DNA from: an uncultured Ruminococcus sp.
GTDB lineage: Bacteria; Bacillota; Clostridia; Oscillospirales; CAG-272
Length of the DNA: 64,000 nt
Reading direction: 5' to 3'
NCBI GenBank assembly: GCA_964621165.1
Contig: CAZULC010000001.1
Coordinates: 109,648 to 173,647 of the forward strand
Made by a program: the position numbers and the translations under genes. Positions within the stretch are counted from its first letter, which is position 1, and each line of letters starts with the position of its first letter. The notes under the pieces were generated by a model. It saw only the letters and a list, made by a program, of their open reading frames with translations, had not been told where the DNA came from and ran no database searches. Positions 55,310 through 63,134 of the stretch are shown here, one piece after another.

Positions 55310-56179
55310 ATGACACAAATCCCCTTCACTAAAATGCAGGGCTGCGCCAATGACTATATCTACCTCGACTGCCTTGACTCAATCACCGGCGACGCACCTG
55401 AAAATATCGCACAACTCGCCCGGGAAATGTCACCCCGCCACTTCTCAGTAGGAGCCGACGGCGTCGTCTGTATCTGCAGACCCACTTCCCCTGACGCCGA
55501 CGCAAGAATGAGAATGTTCAACGCCGACGGAAGCGAGGGAAAAATGTGCGGCAACGCTGTCCGATGCGTGGGAAAATACCTCGCCGACCATGGACTCGTT
55601 AAAGATGAAGCAAAAATCGAAACCCTCTCAGGTATAAAAACACTTAAACTCATATACGAAAATAATACCTGCACCGGAGCCACAGTAAATATGGGAAAGG
55701 CCGATACAAAAACCAAAAATATCCCAGTAATCTCCCCCACGGAAACCATGATTGACTCACCACTTAAAGTCGATAACAAGATATATAACATAACCGCAGT
55801 CTCCATGGGTAACCCCCACGCGGTAGTCTTCATGACCTCCTCCCCTGACTCCCTCGACCTCGAGAAAATAGGCCCAAAATTCGAATACCACCCCGCCTTC
55901 CCCGAACGTACCAATACAGAATTCGCATATGTAATCGACCCTTACAATATAGAAATGCGCGTGTGGGAGAGGGGATCAGGGGAGACCTACGCATGCGGAA
56001 CAGGAGCCTGCGCCACCGCCATAGCCGCATACCTCAATAACCTCTCCCCCGCCAATACCCCCATAAAAATCCGCCTGAAAGGCGGCACCCTCAAAATAAC
56101 AGTAAGAGAAACGCTTGAAGTAATAATGGAAGGCCCCGCCAAAACCCTGTACTCCGGCATATACTTCACGGAAGAGTGA
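55310..56179 (+). CDS. dapF: Diaminopimelate epimerase
   Basis: MTQIPFTKMQGCANDYIYLDC..MCGNAVRCV..ACGTGACA. Start behind GAAAGG. Confidence 0.85.
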   Translation: MTQIPFTKMQGCANDYIYLDCLDSITGDAPENIAQLAREMSPRHFSVGADGVVCICRPTSPDADARMRMFNADGSEGKMCGNAVRCVGKYLADHGLVKDEAKIETLSGIKTLKLIYENNTCTGATVNMGKADTKTKNIPVISPTETMIDSPLKVDNKIYNITAVSMGNPHAVVFMTSSPDSLDLEKIGPKFEYHPAFPERTNTEFAYVIDPYNIEMRVWERGSGETYACGTGACATAIAAYLNNLSPANTPIKIRLKGGTLKITVRETLEVIMEGPAKTLYSGIYFTEE

Positions 56180-56189
56180 AGTTTGGAGT

Positions 56190-56250
56190 TCGGGAAGCCC
56201 CGACAGGCTGTCTCGGCATAACTCCAGCTGAATAGGAAAGACATCCCACA
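56190..56250 (+). repeat. F3 repeat, copy e (5' two-thirds)
   Basis: CGGGAAGCCCCGACAGGCTGTCTCGGCATAACTCCAGCTGAATAGGAAAGACATCCCACAAC. Confidence 0.75.
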
Positions 56251-56280
56251 ACAATAAAATTTCCTAACTCCATATAAAGC

Positions 56281-56375
56281 GATCACTCCCCTCCTGATTT
56301 TCTCCACCTGCTCAGCTTCACCCCATTGCGACATCTTTTTAAAGTTCTTGCACAGCTTCTTTCAAGAAGCGCATC
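56281..56375 (+). repeat. F2 repeat, copy G (M3 remnant, M4 tail, M5)
   Basis: CCTCCTGAT..CTGCTCAGCTTCACCCCATTGCGACATCTTTTTAAAGTTCTTGCACAGCTTCTTTCAAGAAGCGC. Confidence 0.8.
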
Positions 56376-56452
56376 ACTCATCGCTCCACTACTTAAACTC
56401 ATCAAATCACTGTCTCCCAAATCACTATAAAAAACGAAAGGCCATAACACAT

Positions 56453-57652
56453 ATGAAAATTTCACTCAATTCCAACTATAATAACCTCGTGAAATCATAC
56501 CTTTTTTCTGAAACCGGAAGACGTATACGTGAGTATTCAGCCGCACACCCGGATAAAAAAGTCATAAAGCTTAGTATCGGCGACGTGACTTTGCCGCTCA
56601 CTAAAACCACCACCGAAGCTCTCATTAAAGCCGCGAGGGAAATGGGTAAGGCTGAAACGTTCCATGGTTACCCGCCGGAATATGGGTATGACTTCCTTAA
56701 AAACGCTGTAGCTGAACATTATAAATCCATCAGCGGAATCAATGTCCCTGCAGACGAAATATTCATCAGCGACGGGGCTAAATCAGACCTCGGAAATATT
56801 ACCGACGTGCTCGGCTGCAACCCCACACTCATCCCTGACCCCGTCTACCCTGTGTACGTCGACTCAAATATCATGAATAATAACCCCGTTACATTCATAC
56901 CCTCAACTAAAGCTAACTCCTTCACCCCTTCCCCTGACGATATACCAGCACCCGCTAAAAATATACCCGCCGTAATCTACCTCTGCTCTCCTAATAACCC
57001 CACCGGCGCCGCTTATAAACGCGAACAGCTCATAAAATGGGTGAACTACGCTAATTCCACCGGCTCGCTCATCATATTCGACTCGGCCTACGAAGCATAC
57101 GTCTCTGACCCCGACACGCCTCACTCGGTCTACCAAATACCCAACGCCGACTCGTGCACAATCGAAGTCTGCTCCCTCTCGAAATCCTCCGGCTTCACCG
57201 GTACAAGATGCGGCTGGACCGTAATCCCTAAAAAACTTGCCTCCGATAATATGTCACTTAACGAAATGTGGGCAAGACGTCAGGCTACAAAATTCAATGG
57301 AGTCTCCTACCCCACCCAAAGAGCCGCAGAAGCCGCACTCTCCCCTCAGGGACGCCGCGAATCCCTTGAGCTTGTTCACTACTATATGGAAAACGCAAAA
57401 ATGATAGCCTCCACCCTCGAGAAAAAGGATATCCCCTTCTCCGGCGGCAAAAACTCTCCTTATATATGGATGGAAATCCCCGATAATATGCCCTCGTGGA
57501 AATTCTTCGACTACCTTCTCGAAACCGCACAAATAGCAGGCACCCCCGGAGCAGGATTCGGTGTAAACGGAGAAGGCTACTTCCGCCTGACAGCATTCGG
57601 CACCCACGAAAACACCAAAGAAGCCTGCGAAAGACTGGAGAAAATCCTGTAG
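56453..57652 (+). CDS. dapL: LL-diaminopimelate aminotransferase
   Basis: MKISLNSNYNNLVKSYLFSETGRRIREYSAAHPDKKVIKLSIGDVTLPL.. with the PLP-lysine context SLSKSSGFTG. The upstream MHSFFQEA.. extension is repeat-derived. Confidence 0.8.
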   Translation: MKISLNSNYNNLVKSYLFSETGRRIREYSAAHPDKKVIKLSIGDVTLPLTKTTTEALIKAAREMGKAETFHGYPPEYGYDFLKNAVAEHYKSISGINVPADEIFISDGAKSDLGNITDVLGCNPTLIPDPVYPVYVDSNIMNNNPVTFIPSTKANSFTPSPDDIPAPAKNIPAVIYLCSPNNPTGAAYKREQLIKWVNYANSTGSLIIFDSAYEAYVSDPDTPHSVYQIPNADSCTIEVCSLSKSSGFTGTRCGWTVIPKKLASDNMSLNEMWARRQATKFNGVSYPTQRAAEAALSPQGRRESLELVHYYMENAKMIASTLEKKDIPFSGGKNSPYIWMEIPDNMPSWKFFDYLLETAQIAGTPGAGFGVNGEGYFRLTAFGTHENTKEACERLEKIL

Positions 57653-57775
57653 CGGGGAAGGTGGGGAAGCCCCCACGGGCAAACTCCGGCACTTTTTCAG
57701 CTAAGTAGGTTCTCAATCCCACGGTTCTATAGAATAGCTGCCGCAACAGGGAAGCCCACGGTATTCTCCACGGCT
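57652..57775 (+). repeat. F3 repeat, locus f (one unit plus a partial second unit), starting at the dapL stop
   Basis: GGTGGGGAAGCCCCCACGGGCAAACTCCGGCACTTTTTCAGCTAAGTAGG..TCCCACGG..GCTGCCGCAACAGGGAAGCCCACGG. Confidence 0.85.
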
Positions 57776-57804
57776 CAACCGAAATCGCAAGTGTCCGAAA
57801 GGCA

Positions 57805-58095
57805 GTATCACTCCACCATTAAGAAACGTCATCCCGCAATCTGAATCCGGCGTGTGCGGGCAGGGGTCGGGAGCTGTGTACCGGAGATAGCTAGCTATCT
57901 CCAACAAGGCGGTCCCTGACTGCCGTCTCAACTACTCCTGATCCCTTGAACCAACTAACCCGCTGGTAGATTTGCACCTGCTTTGCCCAAAGAATAGCTC
58001 GGAGTGAGCATTTTCTGCTAAGCTGAACCAAAAAAAGAATGGGTTTTAAAGTTCCTGCACAGCTTCTTTCAAGAAGCGCGTTTCTCCTTACCCCA
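57805..58095 (+). repeat. F2 repeat, copy H (M2-M5)
   Basis: CATCCCGCAATCTGAATCCGGCGTGTGCGGGCAGGGGTCGGGAGCTGTGTACCGGAGATAGCTAGCTATCTCC...GTTTTAAAGTTCCTGCACAGCTTCTTTCAAGAAGCGCG. Confidence 0.9.
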
Positions 58096-58131
58096 CCTTT
58101 GCACTAACTTAACTTTTTTTCCACCACCCCA

Positions 58132-58160
58132 TTGACAAATCCGCTTTCTCGCTGTATAAT
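58132..58160 (+). promoter_or_regulatory. Sigma-A type promoter of pyrG
   Basis: TTGACA, 17 nt spacer, TATAAT. Confidence 0.6.
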
Positions 58161-58178
58161 ATAATAAACAAGGATGTT

Positions 58179-58235
58179 TGCCAGCCGCTGGAGTGCGGTT
58201 TTGTCAGGCACCCTTTTTTATTTTTTGTTTTTTAA
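58179..58235 (+). promoter_or_regulatory. pyrG leader hairpin plus long T tract (candidate attenuator)
   Basis: TGCC/GGCA and CCGC/GCGG pairings (58179-58210), followed by CCCTTTTTTATTTTTTGTTTTTT, then AAGGAG and the ATG at 58247. Confidence 0.35.
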
Positions 58236-58246
58236 GGAGTATCATC

Positions 58247-59863
58247 ATGCCAACTAAATATATCTTCGTAACCGGCGGAGTCGTGTCCGGTCTCGGGAAA
58301 GGTATCACCGCCGCTTCTCTCGGCAGACTGCTTAAGGCAAGAGGTCTTAAGGTCGCAGCTCAAAAACTCGACCCCTATATTAACGTGGACCCAGGAACTA
58401 TGTCTCCGTACCAGCATGGGGAAGTGTTCGTCACCGAAGATGGAGCCGAAACTGACCTCGACCTCGGCCACTACGAACGCTTCATCGACGAAAACCTCAA
58501 TAAATTCTCTAACCTAACCTCCGGTAAAGTCTATTGGAACGTGCTTAACCGCGAAAGACGGGGCGATTACCTCGGCCAAACCGTGCAGGTTATACCTCAT
58601 ATCACCGGAGAGATCAAAAACTTCATATACTCCGTTGCCGAAAAAACCGCCGCTGACGTCGTAATCACAGAAATCGGCGGAACTACAGGCGATATCGAAT
58701 CCCAGCCCTTCCTCGAAGCTATACGACAGGTATCACTCGAAGTCGGACGCGAAAACTCACTCTTCATCCACGTCACTCTCGTGCCTTACCTCTCCGGCTC
58801 CAATGAACATAAAACCAAACCTACACAACACTCCGTCAAGGAACTCCAAGGGATGGGGATCACACCAAATATCATTGTCCTTAGATGCGATCGCCATCTT
58901 GAACCCGCTATATTTAAAAAAATCGCTCTATTCTGTAATACTAAACCCGACTGCGTTGTGGAAAATATGACCGTTCCCGAACTCTATGAGGCTCCCGTCA
59001 TGCTCGAAAGAAGTAACTTCTCAGGAATCGTCTGCCGTGAATTAAATATCAACGCGCCTCAGCCCGACCTCTCCGATTGGAACGCTATGCTCGATAAAAT
59101 CAAATCCCGTAATAAAGATGTAACAATTGCTCTCGTAGGTAAATATACCTCACTCCATGACGCTTACCTGTCTGTCGCCGAATCCCTCCGCCACGCCGGC
59201 TATTATAATTCCGCCGTGGTCCATATCGATTGGATTGACTCAGAAAAAATCACTCCTGATAACGTCAAATCTGTGCTTCAAAACGTCGACGGCATCATTG
59301 TCCCCGGAGGCTTCGGAAGCCGCGGTATTGATGGTATGATTATAACGGCGGACTATTGTAGAAGAAACGACATCCCCTACCTCGGTATCTGCCTCGGAAT
59401 GCAAACCGCTGTCATCTCCTTCGCAAGAAACGTATGCGGCCTGCCCGACGCTGACTCAGGCGAATTTAACCCCGACTCAAATAATAAAGTCATTGATTTT
59501 CTCCCCGACCAGTCCGATGACGTTAAAAAAGGCGGTACCCTCCGGCTCGGCGCTTACCCCTGCGTACTCGATGAAAATAGTAAAATCCATGAATGCTATA
59601 ATAAAACCCAAATCTCCGAACGCCACCGCCATAGATATGAATTCAATAACGACTATAGAGATGTATTGCAGTCCCACGGTCTGTCCCTCGCAGGTAAATC
59701 CCCCGATAACCATATAGTGGAAACCGTGGAAATTCCCGGCCACCCCTTTTATATAGGAGTCCAGTTCCATCCCGAATTCAAAAGCCGCCCCAATAACCCC
59801 CACCCCCTCTTCATGGGCCTAGTAAAATCCGCCCTTGAATATAAAGAAAAAAATCAGCAATAA
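58247..59863 (+). CDS. pyrG: CTP synthase
   Basis: [26 protein letters not shown]... GATase region GICLGMQ and HRHRYE. Confidence 0.95.
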   Translation: MPTKYIFVTGGVVSGLGKGITAASLGRLLKARGLKVAAQKLDPYINVDPGTMSPYQHGEVFVTEDGAETDLDLGHYERFIDENLNKFSNLTSGKVYWNVLNRERRGDYLGQTVQVIPHITGEIKNFIYSVAEKTAADVVITEIGGTTGDIESQPFLEAIRQVSLEVGRENSLFIHVTLVPYLSGSNEHKTKPTQHSVKELQGMGITPNIIVLRCDRHLEPAIFKKIALFCNTKPDCVVENMTVPELYEAPVMLERSNFSGIVCRELNINAPQPDLSDWNAMLDKIKSRNKDVTIALVGKYTSLHDAYLSVAESLRHAGYYNSAVVHIDWIDSEKITPDNVKSVLQNVDGIIVPGGFGSRGIDGMIITADYCRRNDIPYLGICLGMQTAVISFARNVCGLPDADSGEFNPDSNNKVIDFLPDQSDDVKKGGTLRLGAYPCVLDENSKIHECYNKTQISERHRHRYEFNNDYRDVLQSHGLSLAGKSPDNHIVETVEIPGHPFYIGVQFHPEFKSRPNNPHPLFMGLVKSALEYKEKNQQ

Positions 59864-59872
59864 TAAGATGTA

Positions 59873-60090
59873 CTCCACCCCCCAGCACAAACACTCGCGC
59901 TGATATAACTGCTGTAATATGCACGTGATCACTGCTTCATCCCGCAATTTGAAACCGGCGTGGGCAGGCAGGGGTCGGAAGCTGTGCATCGGAGATAGCA
60001 AGCTGTCTCCAACAAGGCGGTCCCTGACTGCAGCCTTTTTTAAAGTTCTTGCACAGCTTCTTTCAAGAAGCGCGTTCTCCTTTTCACTCC
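59873..60090 (+). repeat. F2 repeat, copy I (M1, M2, M5; M3-M4 deleted)
   Basis: CTCCACCCCCCAGCACAAACACTCGCGCTGATATAACTGCTGTA...GGAGATAGCAAGCTGTCTCC..CCCTGACTGCAGCC joins directly to TTTTTTAAAGTTCTTGCACAGCTTCTTTCAAGAAGCGCG. Confidence 0.9.
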
Positions 60091-60213
60091 ATCATATGTA
60101 TCTCCAAATGTCTTCTTCGTCACCCATCGTCACCCATTAAGTAAACCACACTTCACCCAAACTGTAACCAGAGGTTGCGATTGTAACATTTTTGTAAACA
60201 TTTATTAAAATCA

Positions 60214-60243
60214 TTGACAAAGGAGAAAAGTCCATTGTATAAT
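60214..60243 (+). promoter_or_regulatory. Sigma-A type promoter of the solute-binding protein gene
   Basis: TTGACA, 18 nt spacer, TATAAT. Confidence 0.55.
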
Positions 60244-60307
60244 ATGCTTGATAGTTGACCCGATCAATTTAATCATTGTGTAATACACAAGAAAGGAAGA
60301 CTTGCAC

Positions 60308-61801
60308 ATGTACAAGCGAATATTGGCAGCAATACTCTGCACAGCAATGCTTGCCCCCTTGTTCACCGCATGCTCAGGAGGAAATGACGAAACCCCCTCC
60401 AGCAGCGGCGAGACGACCTCGACAAGCGATAATACCCAGGGAACGGAGGAAGAGACAGAGGTAACAAGAGCAAACATGCCCGATAACCTTCCCTCAGACC
60501 TCGATTTTGACGGAACCACAATCAACATCTATCACTTCGGCTCGGATGAAACAGTTGACTATGACTGTATCGGCGAAATGGGGGGTGACGTGGTTCTAGA
60601 CGCAGTGTACTCACGCAACACATCAGTTGAGGATAGACTGGACGTAAAACTCAACTGGATCGCTGGCGACTCAACATGGGACGGATTCCCCAGCGATGTT
60701 TCGACATATCTTGCAACAGGCTCCTCTGATTACGACGTAATAATGGAGGAATCATCAAGATTATGGCAGCAGTCAATTCAGGGCTATTACCTTAACCTCA
60801 AGGACGCTCAGTACCTCGACCTCGATCAGCCCTGGTGGTACGGCGCAATGATGGAAGAATCCGCTATTGATAACTCAAGAAGATACTTCCTCAACGGCGA
60901 TATCTGCCTGACTGTAATGCTCTACGCTTCCGCCATGTACTTCAACAAACCACTCTTCATCGATAACTTCGGCGATGTAAACGCGCTCTATACCGCAGTT
61001 ACAGACGGCACATGGACTTATGACGTGTTCGCTGACTACTGCCAGAAGGTTTATAATGATACCAATGGTAATGGTCAGGTTGATGATAACGACATCATGG
61101 GCTTCCGTTATGAACAGTGGGGTATTCCAAACTACTTCTCAATGTCCAACGGTCTGACCTACATCACCCGTGACGAAGACGGCTACCCTGTACTCGACAT
61201 TCTATCCGAACAGGGCATCCAGTGGGCCGAGACTCTTTACAAGCTCCTCTACACAAACAACATCTCAGCTGAAGGATCCAAGGAGGATACCTTTATCGCA
61301 GGCACATCCCTCTTCTACCCCGGACAATTCGTCACAGCTCACGCTCTCCGCGACGTAGACTTTGAGTACGGTATGCTTCCTTATCCGAAGCTTGATGAGT
61401 CCCTCGACTATATGTCCGGCGCAGGAACAGCTAACGGCAACGGTGTAGCAGTACCCGCTTCAGTTGATCAGTCCAAGCTCAACGCAATTTACGCAACTCT
61501 CGAAGCACTCTGCGCAGAAGCTTACCGCAAGGTAACACCTTCATGGTACGATACAGCGCTTAAAGTAAAATACTCCTCAGGCCAGGAAGACTCCAAGATG
61601 GTAGATATTATTTATGAACACATTAACTGCCCGTTCATCATGATGGCAGATAAGGAACTCAATATCGGATCAGTATTCACCAATGGCGTTTATGGTTCAT
61701 CCTCCGAAGGCGCATTCGTGTCATACTACGAAGGTCAGAGCAAAGTATTTAATAAGGCTCTCGAAAACGCAATCGAAAAATATAGCGCAATCGAACACTG
61801 A
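60308..61801 (+). CDS. ABC-transporter extracellular solute-binding lipoprotein (sugar-type), with no permease genes adjacent
   Basis: MYKRILAAILCTAMLAPLFTAC lipobox, then an S/T/E-rich linker. About 498 aa. Confidence 0.6.
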   Translation: MYKRILAAILCTAMLAPLFTACSGGNDETPSSSGETTSTSDNTQGTEEETEVTRANMPDNLPSDLDFDGTTINIYHFGSDETVDYDCIGEMGGDVVLDAVYSRNTSVEDRLDVKLNWIAGDSTWDGFPSDVSTYLATGSSDYDVIMEESSRLWQQSIQGYYLNLKDAQYLDLDQPWWYGAMMEESAIDNSRRYFLNGDICLTVMLYASAMYFNKPLFIDNFGDVNALYTAVTDGTWTYDVFADYCQKVYNDTNGNGQVDDNDIMGFRYEQWGIPNYFSMSNGLTYITRDEDGYPVLDILSEQGIQWAETLYKLLYTNNISAEGSKEDTFIAGTSLFYPGQFVTAHALRDVDFEYGMLPYPKLDESLDYMSGAGTANGNGVAVPASVDQSKLNAIYATLEALCAEAYRKVTPSWYDTALKVKYSSGQEDSKMVDIIYEHINCPFIMMADKELNIGSVFTNGVYGSSSEGAFVSYYEGQSKVFNKALENAIEKYSAIEH

Positions 61802-61939
61802 GTCGGAAGCTCCGATATGCGAACCCCGGATTTCTGTAGCCGAATATAATATCAGTTCCATTGTTCTGCATTATGTCTGCTATAGACGTGGAATCACCCA
61901 ATCCGTCGCGTTTTACAAATGACATAAAAAACAAAATAA

Positions 61940-61983
61940 AGAAGTCCTGAAGCTAATTTAAAGCTAAAGGACTTTTTGTTTTC
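61940..61983. terminator. Bidirectional terminator between convergent genes
   Basis: AGTCCT..AGCT-aatttaa-AGCT..AGGACT, followed by TTTTTGTTTT on the plus strand and preceded by an A-rich run (so T-rich on the minus strand). Confidence 0.55.
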
Positions 61984-62030
61984 CGGCAAAACCGATAACA
62001 GTATCTCAAATCTTCACCAAAGGACCCTCA

Positions 62031-62723
62031 TCAAACCCCGCCGCCAACGATCTCTTCTACAATGGACGATAACTCATCTGCGGTGACTCCTATTATCTCT
62101 ATCGCTGATAAAAAACCCCGGCTGCTCATGCCGCGTGGAAGACCAATGCGAACGGAAACAGAATCCCGAAGACTTGCAGAATTTTCGCCGCCCGTCAACC
62201 CCAAACCGTATAAATCAGCCGCACTGACAGGCTTTTCGAACGGCGATTCTGTCGTATATCCAGATTTCTCTGACTTGCCATAACATTCCAGCTTTTCCGC
62301 TTCCCCTGACATACGCAAATCTGCTCCAGCTTTGTCGAATAACTCCGGGTGAACCTGAGAGAATTTTTCAAATATTCGGCTTAATGTGCCGTTATCTATG
62401 CCTTCGACGCCTAAATATCCCTCAGCTGACGGCTTGTCCTTGCGCCTCTCCTTGCCGCGTATCTGCGGGACGTATAAATCATATACTTTGATGCCGTTCA
62501 GTATGGTTTTCAGCCTGGAACGGATTATGCGCCCCCCTCCGTCACTGTCGCTTAAAATTATGATCCCCCGCGAACCCAGCCGCCGGATTAACGCACGCTT
62601 CTCATCGTTGCTGAATACACTGAATCCGCCCGACTCAATGATGCACCCGTCAATGACCCCGCTCAACCGCGCCTTGTCATACTTCCCCTCAACAATAACC
62701 GGTATGTTAACACGTAATTTCAT
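62031..62723 (-). CDS. Toprim-domain protein (RNase M5 / DUF4093-like)
   Basis: IPVIVEGKYDKARL..GIIILSDSDGGGRIIRSRL.. (Toprim E and DxD motifs). Confidence 0.6.
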   Translation of the reverse strand: MKLRVNIPVIVEGKYDKARLSGVIDGCIIESGGFSVFSNDEKRALIRRLGSRGIIILSDSDGGGRIIRSRLKTILNGIKVYDLYVPQIRGKERRKDKPSAEGYLGVEGIDNGTLSRIFEKFSQVHPELFDKAGADLRMSGEAEKLECYGKSEKSGYTTESPFEKPVSAADLYGLGLTGGENSASLRDSVSVRIGLPRGMSSRGFLSAIEIIGVTADELSSIVEEIVGGGV

Positions 62724-62814
62724 AAAAAAGCTCCATAAAATAGAATATCCCCCTCGACACGCTCAACGCCTCCGCCGGAATGATGTAATACTGCACAAAT
62801 ACATCGCTGGTTTT

Positions 62815-63075
62815 ATGGTAAAATCCACAGTATTTTCGAAAAGGCTGACAAAATTTCCGTGCCAACCTCATAAATAAGGTACAAACGCTCTGCCTAAACA
62901 AAGATGTCAACTTACCAACCGTAACATTTTTTAAGCTTATGTCCCGCCATTTTTCGTCATACCACACAAATGCAACGTTAATTTTATAGTGAACTTCACA
63001 GTATTTTTGTAAAGGATAACAAAATTTCCTTTCCACCCTCATGAATACCGCACAAACGCAGCATAGTTTTTCTGT
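62815..63075. repeat. Two degenerate ~85-bp direct repeats (about 70% identical) in the holA-Toprim spacer
   Basis: 62815-62900 and 62985-63075 both read A..G..A..TCACAGTATTTT.G.AAAGG.T.ACAAAATTTCC.T.CCA.CCTCAT.AATA...ACAAACGC. A third partial CACAATATTTTCG is at ~63082. Confidence 0.7.
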
Positions 63076-63134
63076 CAAACCCCACAATATTTTCGTGATG
63101 TACGCCGCCTGCACTTGAATCCATCACGTCCCCG

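Noticed and set aside
5427-55914. Long antisense ORFs inside confirmed genes (for example 5427-5942, 23236-23763, 24241-24843, 31482-31964, 32412-33005, 34382-34894, 55360-55914)
   Set aside because: Each lies fully within a well-supported gene on the other strand. Their composition is low-complexity or implausible and no RBS is visible.
55155-56452. Lysine (L-box) riboswitch upstream of dapF/dapL
   Set aside because: The leaders consist of F3/F2 repeat sequence. I could not find the conserved L-box core helices or motifs by eye. A covariance-model scan would be the decisive check.
22570-60090. F2 as a degenerate IS, group II intron or IStron
   Set aside because: There is no transposase or RT remnant in any frame, no terminal inverted repeats, no GUGYG / domain V-like sequences, and full copies are only ~330 bp.
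62707-63114. 135-aa minus-strand ORF between holA and the Toprim gene
   Set aside because: It is a Cys/aromatic-rich translation of the two degenerate direct repeats (MRVERKFCYPLQKYC.. / MRLARKFCQPFRKYC..). It overlaps the Toprim gene start and has no RBS.
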